A DNA stretch of 64,000 bases, taken from positions 493,455 to 557,454 of the forward strand of contig RDEW01000011.1 in NCBI GenBank assembly GCA_011109175.1, read 5' to 3'. The number at the start of each line of letters is the position of its first letter. Within the stretch, counting starts at the first letter, position 1. This document shows positions 36,500-50,402 of this stretch, one piece after another. The position numbers and the translations under genes were made by a program. The DNA is from Dicyema japonicum. Taxonomy: Eukaryota > Animalia > Dicyemida. Below the pieces are notes generated by a model that saw only the letters and a list, made by a program, of their open reading frames with translations, ran no database searches and was not told the DNA's origin.

Positions 36500-37620
36500 C
36501 ATTTTGAAGTGACTCACTCCCCTGTTTGATATGTAATTCTCTTAATTCCCTTATCTTGTGTCAACAATTTAAGATCCTGTTTCCAGACATCTTTAGAAGG
36601 TTCTGTTCACTGCATGCGACCGTATGTAATTTAGATCGTCTGTACACTCGAGTTTCTTTACAATCATCTTTCTCTGATCGGGGGTCTGTTCCCATCGGAG
36701 AAATGTTCCATTGCTATTTTTTCAAGGGCATCAATATCCATGCAGAGTTCATGCCAAAAGAGACTCTACCTCGATTCAATGATTTCCGTGATCCATCTTT
36801 TGGAGCTCTGCCTCAATAGTCCCCCATGTTCCCAACTATACATCAGCGCCGGTTTTATATATGCATTATATATTTCAAATTTGTTTTCAAGAACTATCTC
36901 CATGTTTTCCATTTTCTTATATATTGCTGCCGCTATGAAGGTTTTGTCTTGGTTAACGTTCCAAAACCAGTCTGGGAATTGTGGCCAATAACCGTTCCAA
37001 TTCACAGCCATTTTCACAAAATCAATGTCGTTGGCATTAACTATTTCCATCGGCATATGTCCTCCGCATCTTTTCTTGAGAGATCTCAGATCTTCCTCAA
37101 GATATACAATAAAAGGACAAGTGATAGCCAGTACCCTGTGGTGTTTAAATGGTTGTCCTAAAAGGAGTAATGTCTTGTTCACAACATTATCTTGTATAGT
37201 TTTCATCAGGAAAACATCCAGTAATCTTCTGTCGACAAGTCAAAGGTACTAGAGATATCAAGTCACAGTTTTGTATCGTTGACACAGGGCACAATTCAAT
37301 CTGAAAGACCAGACAATATCTGTAGTAGAACGTACCCTTTTGAAACCGCTATGTCTTGGAGATAAAAATTTCTCGACTCTAGGAGATATTCGGTTGAGGA
37401 CAATCATAAATTTCTTATTGTTTTCAGTAATATCACCGGACTCGTTTGGTCATAAACCAGGAAAGTACAAAAAAACTAAAATCCCATCACTTCAAAAGAG
37501 AGTGCGTTTTTATCCAGCAGCCCTGATGACAAAGTTTAGGTTCAAAAATACCCTTAAACCCTGCTAGCCTTTTCCTTCCAAGTGTTTTAGAACATGCCTT
37601 TTTAGAAACCACGAAAGTAA
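36500..37620 (-). mobile_element. RTE-like LINE, highly degenerate RT
   Basis: RHSGFKRVRSTTDIVW, DISSTFDL, FIVYLEEDLR, degenerate ANDIDFV (YADD position) and YNAYIKPALMY. Confidence 0.65.
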
Positions 37621-38485
37621 CATTCCAGATTATTTTCGGTATTTTTTCAAATCAGCAAGTTCCTTCTTAATCTCCAAATGATAGCTATCACGAGTTTCGT
37701 GACATAATCATAGTTCCTCCATTGCAAAATGATCTGCATTTGATTTATTCCTTCTAACTCCATCTATTACACAAAGACCTTTTCATTTTAAATCGTGCAA
37801 CAAAGAGCTTATTATTCTATTTCCTGAGTTTTATTTTTTTATATCATAAAACTAGTCAGTTCTTGAATTCTGTTGAGAGTTTTGTTATATTTGTTTTACT
37901 AAAATATTTTTCATGTGTGTTAAGAGTATTACACAGTCGGAAATGAAATGGACTACTTTGATCAGCGAGTTATGCTTGAGTTGTAAACTATGTTATAGAT
38001 TTCCGTTTTTCAGGAAGGTGTGTCATAAGGTCTCAGGAAATTCGACATTACAAAAACATTTTAAAATCGAATTTTCACAAGATTGTGCAATCAATTACCT
38101 CAGCTGGATTATGTAATAAATTATTCAATTTTATTGAAAAAATGTTATGATTACAAATTGAAAAGAGAGAACCAAAGAATGCTCTCCACTTTTTTTCCTT
38201 TTTTTGTGTAAGTCCTTTATAGACGACCCGGTTCCTCAGTGAAAATTTTCACTATGTTACCCTCATGAAACTGTGAACGAAGTTTTTATAAAAAGAGATA
38301 CCAAAAACCTTGTTCTTAAAATAGACGGTAGAAGCCTCCAATGGTCCCCAAAAGTTAATTAGGATCATCAGTTGCGTTCCTTTATTACTTAGCTATTTGG
38401 TCAGGAAAAATCCCAAAAACATACCACAACAGAATAATTCGAATAAACATTCAAAATTACCGAAAAATTAATGAAAACAAAATTG

Positions 38486-38930
38486 TTAGATCTGCTTTTT
38501 ACGTAATGTTGGCTGTATATGAGCTCTATATAAAGATCCGGGAACAGGCTTTGCTTTAAATCTTGGTGGATTCAAATTTGTGACATTATTCACCGCCTGA
38601 TCCGTAGTGTCATTCACTGTCATATTTCTATTCGTAATGATAGACTTAGTGCGTTTTAGCACAGGTTTGGGGGGTACATAAGATGGGCTTAGGATCTTTT
38701 TATTGAGAGGGTAAGCCTTGAATTTGTTTCTTAGTGTTTCTTTAATCAATACCTTAATTCCTCCGCTTCTACAGAACTCTTTACTTGGCATCGTCTTGTG
38801 CTAATAGCCGAAAACTGAAACTCCTTAACAACTGTAGGATTAAGTGTTCGTGTTGGAACTAAGGTTTATATAAATAATACAGCGTTCTCTAGATGATAGT
38901 AGGGCGTTATTAGGCAACTAATTTTATTAT
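38486..38930 (-). CDS. TPX2-like microtubule-associated protein (partial)
   Basis: PTVVKEFQFS, FKAYPLNKKIL..P.KP and PRFKAKPVP resemble TPX2/FAM161 FKAxP repeats; 23-nt intron between LR and NKFKA. Confidence 0.5.
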
Positions 38931-39949
38931 TTTTGTTACTTTTAATTCTTCCTGCTGAACTTCTATTAATTAAAATTACTTAATTACTTTTGCAATTTTT
39001 CTTTCTATTCTCTAATGAATCATTACTTGACATTGCTACAAAAAACAAGCCACTATATATTATTTATGTAATTTATTTATTTTATTTATTCAATAAAATC
39101 AAAATTAATTAAATAAAATTGGTTATTTTAATTTAATTATCTGATTAAAAATTTCATGACTATTTTATCAATTATACATAACTATAAAAACCAAAAAGGA
39201 TCTATTTCTTACCTATTCTACTGAAAAGGTTGCCGCAATGGCGGATATAGATGAAAGTAATTCTGGACGGGATAAGTCTCATTCCTAATCATGAGAACTG
39301 GATAAACTACGTTTTTTAACTAAACTTTTTTCAGGTATATTAAATTTATTTAAGGACTAATAATCACTATTAAATTTAAAAAGACAATTAGGTAATCTCA
39401 GACACTCTCACTAACCACTCATTTTTGCTCTATGTTCCTCACCGTTGGGGTCTCGAAGGGCGTAGGGTCTACCAAAGATGACGAAAACCATATTAAAGAT
39501 GTCGTAGATATTCATCCTGATTTTCTTATTTTAAGTGATTTTAAGGCTACACAATCAGAGATGTATTGGATGATACAAATATTTTTTTTAAAGTTTCGAT
39601 TAATCAACTCAAAATGTTTTTTTAATTATAAAGAAACTGAAAAGTTTGCTTGCAATCGGCGTACAACTGTTTTCTCTGCAGTGAATGTCGAACAGTGATA
39701 ACTCGTTTCTGATAATGGACTCTATTATTTCTTCCATTTTATAGAGATAAACCAACTTTCTATATTCGTACATATTTTCATTGACTTTTATATTATTACA
39801 ACAAACAACTTTATATCTGGCCTCAATTATACTTTCTTTTTGTAATTGACTTTCGTCATTCTCAACAGACATTCCTTCATCACGTTTATTTAAATTTTAC
39901 TTCATCTATTTTTCTTCTTGGACGACGGGTTAGCGGCTATACACTGACC

Positions 39950-40300
39950 AATTGACTGTTGTATTCAGAAGCTATCCGTGAATTTCTCCGCAGTGTTTTA
40001 GTGAAGATATATTTTTGGTCTACGTATATTAGCTTAATCACATCCTTAGATTTACTCGAGTTCCATCTAACCGTGTTCCTGTAAAATTTGTTCATTTTGG
40101 GAAAATATTTTCAAATCATCCATAAAAGGCAAATGATCGTGGCATAAGGTATCATTGATGTGGTTGACTCACAAATATAAACTTTTGGGTATTTTCCACT
40201 CAACCTGGTCAAAGATCTGATTATCTTTTCAAAATACCCCTTACTATTTCAATATCGTGTTTATTAAAATTTAATTAGAATGGCCATTTATTGCAAATAT
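39950..40300 (-). mobile_element. R2/NeSL-like RT fragment
   Basis: HLPFMDDLKIFSQN matches the HLLFMDDLK catalytic motif. Confidence 0.5.
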
Positions 40301-41370
40301 TCTGATATGGCTCTGCATAAAAAAATATGAATTCTATCGCATCCGCTAACCTCCTTATTATATTCCTCAGAAGTTAACTGTCAGGTCAGATGCTGCAGCA
40401 ACATTGCAACCTGGAAAACCATAAAATAATTTAAACGGTGATTTTCCCGTCGTGCTATGACTAGACACATTATACGTATAAACGGTATTTTCCAAAACAT
40501 CGACCCGCATAGTTAATCTTGTTTTGAAGAGTGTTTTCGGTTACCGGCAGTCGAGCGTGTGGTTATAACGTTAAGCTTGACACTCTGATTTAGGATGTCT
40601 GAAACTTTATGAATGGAGATGACATTCCAATCCTCATAATTGAATTACAGAATTCTTTTCTGTTATTACCAAACCCACGAAAAGATGCTCCAATTAAGTT
40701 TTTACATTTTTTATTAAAAAGCAGAAATTTCCAGGCAAACTTGGAAAAATATTAAAAACCACTTGAAATCATTATATCAATACTTTTTTTCTTTTTTTAA
40801 TATATTAAGCCAACTAAAGGCAGAAATTAACAGTTAGCAATTGCTGGCTGCTCTCATAATTGAGCCTATTTTTGACGAATTGTAAGAACCACCTCCTTTC
40901 TCTTCCACCATTTTTGAGCGATCCGATTCTGTTCAAGAGAGTCAGTAATCTTTATTATATATAGTATTAATACTAAATATAATAAAAATTTAATACAACA
41001 GACCTGACTAACCTAATTTACCACAGTAAGGGCATGCGACAACAAACAACTATCCTTAGTTATCCATTACTTTTAATGAAATACAAAACATCATTTATGA
41101 TTTTTAGACTTCAGGACCGTCATCTAAATGTTCTTTTTGCATGTTCAAATGTATTTTTCGAAAAATCGATTTTCTTGGTGGTTTTCTAAATGAAACAAGT
41201 CGGCATTTTTTGCATTTAATGATAAAACTTTTAGCTAATGTTGAGAATGAACCTGCATTTTTCTAATTTCTCAATATTGAAGGAAAGAAAAAAAGTTAAA
41301 AATCACGTTTTATTTTAATAAAACTAACGTTTTTTTGTTCATTTAAAGCATTTAAAAAATTCTTTGATCA

Positions 41371-41553
41371 TTGTTGTCCAAAATTATTGATTTTGTTTTA
41401 TCAAATTGGCCTCAAATTCTAAGGCACAAAAAATGGCCAATTTGCGAGGATCAAGTGTATATGTTTTATGTAGGAAAAATTCAGTTGTGGTCATTTTCTA
41501 CGAGATCTGGAAAAGAATATTTTAAGGAACGAAATTGTTTCAAGGTTGAATAA
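41371..41553 (+). mobile_element. Possible Gypsy-type pol remnant
   Basis: LSKIIDFVLSNWP resembles the pre-integrase linker; short and alone. Confidence 0.25.
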
Positions 41554-42123
41554 ATAGTTGGATCATTTTGCCAGCCATTTGGCGTCTCCTTAGCATGGTG
41601 GAACCAATGACGCCAACAGAGGGAAGAAGAGAAATTTTCGCCACGTGGACTTTACGTTATGCTGGAATTCAATAATAATTATTAAACAGTTATATAATTT
41701 TATAATTTTCAAATAATAAATACAATAAAGGCTCTCTGTAAACTACTTCTTGTTATGAGGAAGTCGCAATATCTTGAGCAAGAAGAAAAATGTAGAATAC
41801 TTGTTAAATTTAAGATCAAAATCTGTTTGAGAAGTATTAAAAGCTGCAAAATCTGATGACCATCATTTAAAAAGAGAGGTATAACTCTGAACAATTCAAC
41901 GTAGAAGATGACAAACGTAGGAGGTTTTATATTTTATATTTTGCAGATATTCTGTTTCGATATACTAAAGGAAATTAAATCATCAAAATCAAACGTAGAA
42001 ATTGTTAAAAAGAAGGTTCTATCCTTCATACAAGATTACATGTCTTGTATATTTATAGTCAACGATATTCTACAGAGATTGCTTTTTGTATCATCAATAT
42101 AAACTCTGAAGATGAACTAAAAG

Positions 42124-42657
42124 TTGTCGAGAATGTTCCCACCTTTCCACGAACATCTAAGATCTCAAGTAGGTCCCAAAAAATCTAAAGGTAAACCAAG
42201 AAAACGCAAGAAAGGTATATTGCTGTCTCAAAGGTACATTCTAGTAAGGACCAGAAATCTGCGAAAAAAATCTGACAAAAAATCCGCGAGTTCTGGGGTG
42301 ACTCCTTTCAGTCTGATGTACGATTTTCCTATATTTAAGTTCTTATGTGAAGATTTACCAAAAACTCTCGGCTATTTTCCTATCCAAACCACGAGCAAGC
42401 GCTTAAATGCTGCTGTCCTTCCCCCAAAAAGGAAAAGTAAGATTGAGGAGGTTTGTTTTTCTGTATTGGAATTGAAGCCAACGTTAAGTCCAAAGAATAT
42501 AACAATTGGGACGGATAAAAATATTATGAGGATTGGTGAGGGCAGCAGACTGACCATGAATGAAAGTATTACCAACTCTGTGAGACCCCCAAGTGAAAAT
42601 TCCATGTTGTGTCCGACTAACGAGAGCAGCAAATTCGATATGACTAAGATTTTGTGA
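42124..42657 (+). CDS. Hypothetical basic protein
   Basis: 177-aa ORF with Lys-rich NLS-like tracts; no family recognised; exon structure unknown. Confidence 0.3.
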   Translation: MSRMFPPFHEHLRSQVGPKKSKGKPRKRKKGILLSQRYILVRTRNLRKKSDKKSASSGVTPFSLMYDFPIFKFLCEDLPKTLGYFPIQTTSKRLNAAVLPPKRKSKIEEVCFSVLELKPTLSPKNITIGTDKNIMRIGEGSRLTMNESITNSVRPPSENSMLCPTNESSKFDMTKIL

Positions 42658-43039
42658 GAAAAGCCTACAGCTACTTTACTAAGGGACAGTAATGTATTAA
42701 GTTTATAAATTTGTTTATAGAGAGACTCATCTATACTTCTAAAAGGTTGATAATTAATCTAAAAATAAAACCTTTTAATTATTAATAAAATTGCGCACGC
42801 TACTTGTTGTGGTCGTTGTGGTGCTGTGAAAAGAAGAGAAAGAAGATAAAAGAAACGGAAAATCATAAAGAAGATGCAGAAAACTGCTAAAGTAAATGAG
42901 GACGTAATTAACCATGTTTCTAGAACATCTTTTCCCTGCCTAATCTGTGGCAAAACAAACGAGGGGAAATTCGGCATGTTTTCGTTGCCTTAATTTTGAA
43001 CACTTTGGGTGCTATAAGCTAACAAGAAGGAAGGCACAA

Positions 43040-43400
43040 TTTCTGCCAAACTGGTCATGCCCCATGCCTCGGGAATACCGGCAATGGAGAAAGCCCTCTC
43101 CTGGACCTATCTAACANCTTTTTCTATCGGAGTGAAACAAGGAAATCTCTTTGGATCCTTGTTGTTCTGTCTTGCAATCGAGAGCATCACCAAACTTCCG
43201 CGCTTGCCCCTCAATCTGTGGAATCTTGATGACGCGGTTCTCTGAACATCCCCAGATACTGTCTCTCAGGATTTGGAGGTGATATTTCTATCCTTTTCGG
43301 TTGACTATCTTTTTTGAAGCCAGAAATCCTCTTGTCTGTGACAACACCTGCACCGACACATTCACCGCTTAGAACCTACATCAAAGTGCCTCTGGAGCCT
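43040..43400 (+). mobile_element. CRE-like RT fragment
   Basis: GVKQGNLFGSLLFCLAI...NLWNLDDAVL matches the GVQQGDPLGPLLF...WYLDDG motifs. Confidence 0.65.
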
Positions 43401-43999
43401 GTTCTGTCGCCGAGAAGATCGAGAGGTCAAAAGGGGCAAATAACGTGGTCCTACGCAAAGATATTTTGTTTGTTTTGCTCGCAGTTAAAACCTCTGGTTC
43501 ACTTACGCCAGCGACTTTGGAATTCTGAGTTGTCTAGTATAGGGGTCGGCAAATACTTTTGGAGAAGATCGAATTTTTGACATTTTTGGAAATTACGAAA
43601 AATTGAAAAGGCACCTTATATTTTCCTGACTAATGAGGCATTTTGGTAGTTACTTTGAGTTAAAAGTGAATGCGAAAGGAGATATGAGATTACTAGAGAA
43701 AAAAATACAACTCATACTTTTAAAAAAGCCTTAATCGATAAAATAAAATTATTTTCCCCAGATTCACTAACTTGTAGAAAACTGGCGACCTTCAAAAACG
43801 AGTCGTCAAGACAGGATCTCTCAGAGATCCATCTCTTTTACTTAGAGTCATTGTATACAGTGCCATAAATCATGAACAACTCCACATCTCAGGTGTGCAA
43901 GCTACCTTCTGACAAGCCTCGAAAAAGCAGTAATGAAGCGCTAATCTCAGAAGGTCTGCGCTCCAGTATCTTATTCCCTTTAGGGATCATATGGTACGC

Positions 44000-44800
44000 A
44001 TAGATACAATTCATGTACACTCTTGGTCCAAGTTTAATATTTTGCCTGAGGTGGTTTTTCATGAGTGTTCTTTGGAGGGCAGTGAAGGTTATTCGATGTG
44101 TCTGCGGCTAGTGAATTCGAGTGATATTTCTCTAAGATTTAGGCTCTTCGCACATGTTCTCCAAAAGAGAAGAGTGCATTATTCATTCTGTTTTGGACGT
44201 TCACTTTTGGGTGGTCTCTATTTTGGTAGTGCTGTGTTGTATGGAATGCAAATTCAGTCAGATGATCTCTTCGATGTAAGAGATGATAAGTGCTGACTCC
44301 TTAATTGTTAATGGATCTGTAGTCCTCTGATTTATTTTTAGTTTCAAGAAATCCTTGAGAATTTTCTTAGACCTAATATTCACTAGTTGTCGGACGCTGG
44401 TCCTTCCTCCCATTGACTTCTCTGGAGTTGGATTCTATGCTCTTTATGATTCGACATCTTGTACTCCTCGGACATGATCTGTAGTCCTCTGATTTATTTT
44501 TAGTTTCAAGAAATCCTTGAGAATTTTCTTAGACCTAATATTCACTAGTTGTCGGACGCTGGACCTTCCTCCCATTGACTTCTCTGGAGTTGGATTCTAT
44601 GCTCTTTATGATTCGACATCTTGTACTCTTCGGACATCAAGAGGTTATACAACATGATTTATACGTACGTTTTGTTGTAGATTACTTTAATCGTTTTTTT
44701 CGTTTTAATACAAGTCATCTCTCTGAGAGATATCATTCTCAGTGAAGAAGCCATTATGGACGACGATATCGAGGAATGGGTTCATCGGTTATTGGACGGT
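44000..44800 (-). mobile_element. Probable LINE endonuclease-RT linker remnant with a 160-bp tandem duplication
   Basis: Degenerate frames only; 44315-44475 is repeated at 44476-44635. Confidence 0.3.
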
Positions 44801-44919
44801 CTGATTTACTTGGTTTTTTAATTTTTTTTACTTTTGGGGTTTTGTATTATTACTAGGGCAATTTTTGTCAATAAAGTCAAAAATTCATATGCTCTTTAAG
44901 ATTTAATTTTTATTTTTTT

Positions 44920-45342
44920 TAATTTATAACAATAAAATCGTTCTAAAGTCCAGCGGATATGATCGAGTGGCTGTTACCTCTGACTACTGCCAGGGATATC
45001 CTTTGGAAAAGCCACTCGGTTTCCCGACGCTCCCTCGAGGCTTTGGTCAATAGACACCCAAGTGCTCTAAGGAAAGAGACCGTCTTGGGGCCAAAGACTC
45101 CGCTCGTCTCGACGANTATAACAATAAAATCGTTCTAAAGTCCAGCGGATATGATCGAGTGGCTGTTACCTCTGACTACTGCCAGGGATATCCTTTGGAA
45201 AAGCCACTCGGTTTCCCGACGCTCCCTCGAGGCTTTGGTCAATAGACACCCAAGTGCTCTAAGGAAAGAGACCGTCTTGGGGCCAAAGACTCCACTCGTC
45301 TCGACGACCACTGGCTGTATATGGAAACGGTTTAGGAGGCCT
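44920..45342 (-). mobile_element. CRE-like element 3' end (duplicated across N at 45116)
   Basis: Near-identical to 34990-35225, including stop and tail. Confidence 0.8.
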
Positions 45343-45487
45343 AAAATTACACCATTCAACTCAGAAAAATCTGAAATATCCAGAGAACTAATGTTTATTT
45401 TCATTGGTTCTTGTGGAGTTCTACGTATGGCGGAGTTCCACGTACGGACGATGAAAATATATAAAGAAAAAAATAATAAATAAAAAG

Positions 45488-45602
45488 GGATCTTCCTACC
45501 TTTCTCCCTGACCAAATCCTCTAATAAAAATAGCATAATGAAAACTATCCGCTAAAGAATGAAGTGATGTCTGCGACAGTAGGACATAATGTAGAAGAGA
45601 GG
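45488..45602 (+). mobile_element. tRNA-derived SINE family 1, internal fragment
   Basis: acctttctccctgaccaaatcctct...gaagtgatgtctgcgacagtagga. Confidence 0.7.
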
Positions 45603-45810
45603 TTGAAAAGTAAAGACTTGCATAGTTAATTGTGGTTCGAATGAATTGTTTATATATGATGGATAGGGTCTCTTTGCTTTGGCCGAAGGAATTGCCTGAC
45701 ACAGCTTTTAGTATGTTGAACTTGCGATAGGCATTTGTGAATTGTTCCTCCACATGTTTCGAGAAAGTTAGTAGTTGTCGAAAATGACTCAAGTATTTTG
45801 GCATGTTTCG
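45600..45810 (-). mobile_element. I-group LINE RT C-terminal fragment
   Basis: LTFSKHVE...ILKAVSGNSFGQSKETLSIIYKQFIR. Confidence 0.65.
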
Positions 45811-45849
45811 TATTTGTCTGTATGCCTTGTTTTTGCAGATTCTTGTTCA

Positions 45850-46920
45850 CTATTTTTTTAATCTTCTAAAGAATTTTGATTTTCAATAAATGTTTAATTT
45901 TCCGTGTATTCAATATTTAAAAAATCTTCAACTTTAAGAGGATCGAAAATGTCTGTTCTTCTGATTATTGTATCATTAATATCAAGTTCAAGAATTTCGT
46001 TATTGGAGTTATTAAAAACTTTGAAAAAATTCCTGATCGTCTCTTCGGATACGTCTTCCCAAACCATTTTTGTAAAAAAAGACCGTATCCCTTACATTCT
46101 ATTTCTTGTAAGAATTATAGACCGAAATATTTTGAGTTTCCAATAATTCCGTCAAATAGATTAACTGGTAAAATTACTCTTGAAAGATTTTATGATGCCA
46201 ATATCCATGGGTTGAAGCAACCCCGTACATTTTTGGAAAAAACAAAATTTTTATATATCCCAAATTCGGCGGGATACAATGCGCAGGGTAGTTTTCAATC
46301 AATAGTAAAATTCGTTTTTTTTATTCTTGAGCTGAATATCAAAATTAATCAACCAATCTATAAATATAGATCCAGTCATCTAATCTCTTTGTGAACTATA
46401 GTAAGAGACGGAGCATCTATAGTCATAATTTCGAAAACATCGAGGCATTTTTTGTCTTGAAATCATCACTGGTTTCAACTTGTGCGTTCCGCTCATGTTT
46501 GAACATAGCATAATTGAAACGGTCTTTAAAATTTTTGTAACCTTGAAATCGGTTTCTGCAGATGCTTTTCGATGAAATGAGCTTATAGTATAACCCAGTT
46601 TCATCCAGATTATAGATTTGGTAAAGTTTATATGCTTTTGAAATTTCTTTAAATTCTTCAAGAATGGATTCAACGTCGACAGATTCATCAGTTTGCATTT
46701 CCCCGTGTAACTTGCGCATTCTGAATCCGTGTCTCTTTTTGAATTTATCCAAGAATCCATTAGAATTTTTGAAGCGTCCGAGAAAGGAATTGAAAGACAT
46801 GTGTTAAATAAATTTTTATTATTAAAAAATTTAAAAATTGTAAAAATTGTGACCAATTTAAAAATTGACCAATTCATAAGGAGAATAGAATTTTTTCTAA
46901 GAAAATTTATAAAATTGTGG
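45850..46920 (-). mobile_element. pogo/Tigger (Tc1-mariner) transposase remnant
   Basis: FKNSNGFLDKFKKRHG (CENP-B HTH), IYNLDETGLYYK, SNMSGTHKLKP and QPMDIGII (DDE_1). Confidence 0.8.
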
Positions 46921-47759
46921 CCAATTTAAAAATNAGTATTGTGATCTTTAATTGCCAGAAAGACACTCAACAAAACACTTAACAAAACTTGTCCAAATCA
47001 TTTCTGACTTCCTGATTAACCTCAATCCATACTAGAGAACCTTACTGGTCTTAGTGGTTAGAGAGAAGGCTTTTGGTTCAGCATCCCGAAAGATCTTTAT
47101 TGCGAAAATTTTTATGACATCGGAATATATATGAATGGTAGGAATAAAATGAAATTCATAAAAATCTATTTATCGTTCCTGACAAAATCCAAATTATCTT
47201 TTTAAAGAATCTTGTGATCATGAAATCACTGAACACCGTGAAACGGAAAAAATTTTAAGATAATATCGAGCAACATACATTACAACTAAATAAGGAAGAA
47301 AAGCCAGACGTTCTCCCGGAAAAGTTGGTCGAGGCCGTTAAAAAGGCCGCGACGGATACTATCGGCTACAGAAGAAACCGCTCGAACAACAGCTACGCAT
47401 ATTATGATTCAAAACTAAGGGAAATCTCAGAGCGCCAAAGAAACATCTGACTGAGAATTGAAAATTGCTGTATGAACACGTAAAGGGAACTAAGGAATCA
47501 ACAAAACAAAATCCTTCATGAAATAAGAGTCTGGGCACGTCTATTATGGACGAAATACTTAGACGAGAAGGTTAAAATTGAAAAGCTCTCACCTGACAGT
47601 CAAATGTTCATGGCTGTGCGGTTGCTTAATCGGGGTTCTCAAAATGCAAAAATGTGGATACAAGCTAAATCGGAACACTTAATATTGGAAGATGGGGACA
47701 AAGCCTCTAGAATTACTGACCACTTTCAAAAACAATTCCGAACGGATGATACATATACA

Positions 47760-48262
47760 TAGGCTTACCACTTTATTATTCTAGAAATCAGAGACATTTA
47801 TTGATTTTGATGATCAAAATCTGGGACAAAAATTTTTTTCACATAAAAACAAGAAAATATCTTTATTTAAAATTAAATAAGAAAGTCGATTATATTTCTA
47901 AACTTTTTTCAAAAAATCAAAGCAAAACTAAATAATGATTCGAGGGTTTCTTCTTTCATTCGACCTTTTTCTTTTGACCAAGTGGAATTCATAATTGAAA
48001 ATATTCTTTCTACAGGAGCAGTAGTGCCAGGTAAGCAAAAAAAATATTCGATAATTTTAATAAAATTTTGAATTTGAATACTCTTCTCATTAAAATATTT
48101 ACAAACATGCATCCAATTTAATTCGCAATTATCCTGATTAGTTTTCCATTCCCATATCACTAATAATAAAACATTTCGGGACACTTAAATACGGGACAAA
48201 ATCTGGGACAAGGCTCAAAATCCGTGACTGTCCCAGCTAATCCGTGACGGATGGTAAGTTTA
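47760..48262 (-). mobile_element. Non-autonomous hAT deletion derivative
   Basis: Imperfect TIRs taggcttaccac / atggtaagttta, 8-bp TSD catataca (47752-47759) and cttataca (48263-48270), internal LPGTTAPVERIFS dimerisation motif. Confidence 0.8.
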
Positions 48263-50074
48263 CTTATACACCCACATTTATTGGGTATCCGCTGAGCTTG
48301 TCAAACGAAATAACACATTCGGAAGTCTTAGAAGCANACGGGACAAAATCTGGGACAAGGCTCAAAATCCGTGACTGTCCCGGCTAATCCGTGACGGATG
48401 GTAAGTTTACTTATACACCCACATTTATTGGGTATCCGCTGAGCTTGTCAAACGAAATAACACATTCGGAAGTCTTAGAAGCATTTTACCATAAGAACAA
48501 CAACAGAGCGCAGGATATTATGGAGTCCCGAGGGGATTAATTAAATACGCTCCCAATAGTCTTGGAGCTTTGCACAAATACTGAACAAGGCTTTTGCATT
48601 ACACTGCCCGCTTCCAATCGGTTCCGGAATATTAATACCCGCCGAGCAAACGGCGGAGACTCTTCGGAAGCTTAAGACCTATCGTGCTAGTTACCGCTCT
48701 AAGGAAAACTCTCTAAAAATTGTTTGAGACCGTATATCAATATCGGTCAACCGATATCTCTCTTGCGGCCAGAGTGATTTTTCATGCCTGGAAGATCCAC
48801 GGCTGATGTTGTCTGGAGCCAACGCTGGATCATTGCAATATGTAAAAAATGCAAACGATCCTTTCATAACCTAGAATTCGACAAGAGCAAGGCTTTTGAT
48901 AGCATCGACAGAGTAAATTACTTATCGTGTTAAAAGACGTTATCGATGAAGACAGTCTGCGCATGATACATATGCTATTATCTGAAACTGAATACTCGTC
49001 AGAGTTGACTCTAAGGAGTCTTGACCATTTACTATCAATGTTGCAATCCCACAAGGGGACATGCTATTACCTGTATTATTTATCATCTACCTGGAGGCAG
49101 CTTTAAAAGATCTAAGAGAACAAATTGGATGTCTTGACAATCACTTTATCTACGCGGATGATGTCGATTTTGTCGTTCAAGATCGGGAATTTATAGACGT
49201 TATTATGGATAAAGGGAAAACAACTTCTAGTAAATGGTCTCTCAAAGTCGATGAAAATAAAACTGAAATAAACGATATTGAAAGAACGGCAACCCGCCTT
49301 GAGGATAAGTGGAGGAACATCCTAAAACTCGGATCTTTATTTGGCGATTATTATTTTATTATTTATTAACCCTGGATACACCGAGAAAGAAGTTAAAGTA
49401 AACAACTAATTAAGTGTATCCAGTTTCNAGGAAAACTCTCTAAAAAATTGTTTGAGACCGTATATCAATATCGGTCAACCGATATCTCTCTTGCGGCCAG
49501 AGTGATTTTTCATGCCTGGAAGATCCACGGCTGATGTTGTCTGGAGCCAACGCTGGATCATTGCAATATGTAAAAAATGCAAACGATCCTTTCATAACCT
49601 AGAATTCGACAAGAGCAAGGCTTTTGATAGCATCGACAGAGTAAATTACTTATCGTGTTAAAAGACGTAATCAATAAAGACGATCTGCGCATGATACATT
49701 TGTTATTACCTGAAACTGAATACTCGTCAGAGTTGACTCTAAGGAGTCTTGACCATTTACTATCAATGTTGCAATCCCACAAGGGGACATGCTATTACCT
49801 GTATTATTTATCATCTACCTGGAGGCAGCTTTAAAAGATCTAAGAGAACAAATTGGATGTCTTGACAATCACTTTATCTACGCGGATGATGTCGATTTTG
49901 TCGTTCAAGATCGGGAATTTATAGACGTTAATTTGGATAAAGGGAAAACAACTTCTAGTAAATGGTCTCTCAAAGTCAATGAAAATAAAACTGAAATAAA
50001 CAATATTGAAAGAACGGCAACCCGCCTTGAGAAGTGGAGAAACATCCTAAAACTCAGATCTTTATTTGGCGATT

Positions 50075-50402
50075 ATTATTTTATTATTTATTAACCCCTG
50101 ATACACCGAGAAAGAAGTTAAAGTAAACAACTAATTAAGTGTATCCAGTTTCCACTTTTATAGAAACAGACCCCATCCGGAATCAGCATAAAAGGTAAGA
50201 CGTCCATTACATGCAGTTGTGGAAACCCCTCCAGTAGAGTGGGGAAGAGACAATGATCTTTTTTCGTGTTGGCCTGGCACTATGCGTCACCTAGACAGGT
50301 GGATCACATAACGCCACTCTATTAGGAAGAGAGAGGAGGAACAGACAAGCAAGCAGAAAACTCAACCAATTAACCACGCAACACCACATGGCGCCACGCG
50401 GC
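50075..50402 (-). mobile_element. SINE family 2, full-length copy inside the RTE RT
   Basis: Collinear with 33635-33940, sharing the 5' boundary CCGCGTGGCGCCATGTGG and the 3' tail. Confidence 0.8.

Noticed and set aside
44925-45300. Tandem CRE 3' ends suggesting a site-specific array
   Set aside because: The junction is the single N at 45116, so a scaffolding overlap is more likely
48190-50150. Near-perfect tandem duplications (48190-48480; 48710-49427 repeated after 49428)
   Set aside because: Each pair is joined at a single N, the signature of unmerged contig overlaps or haplotypes rather than biological repeats
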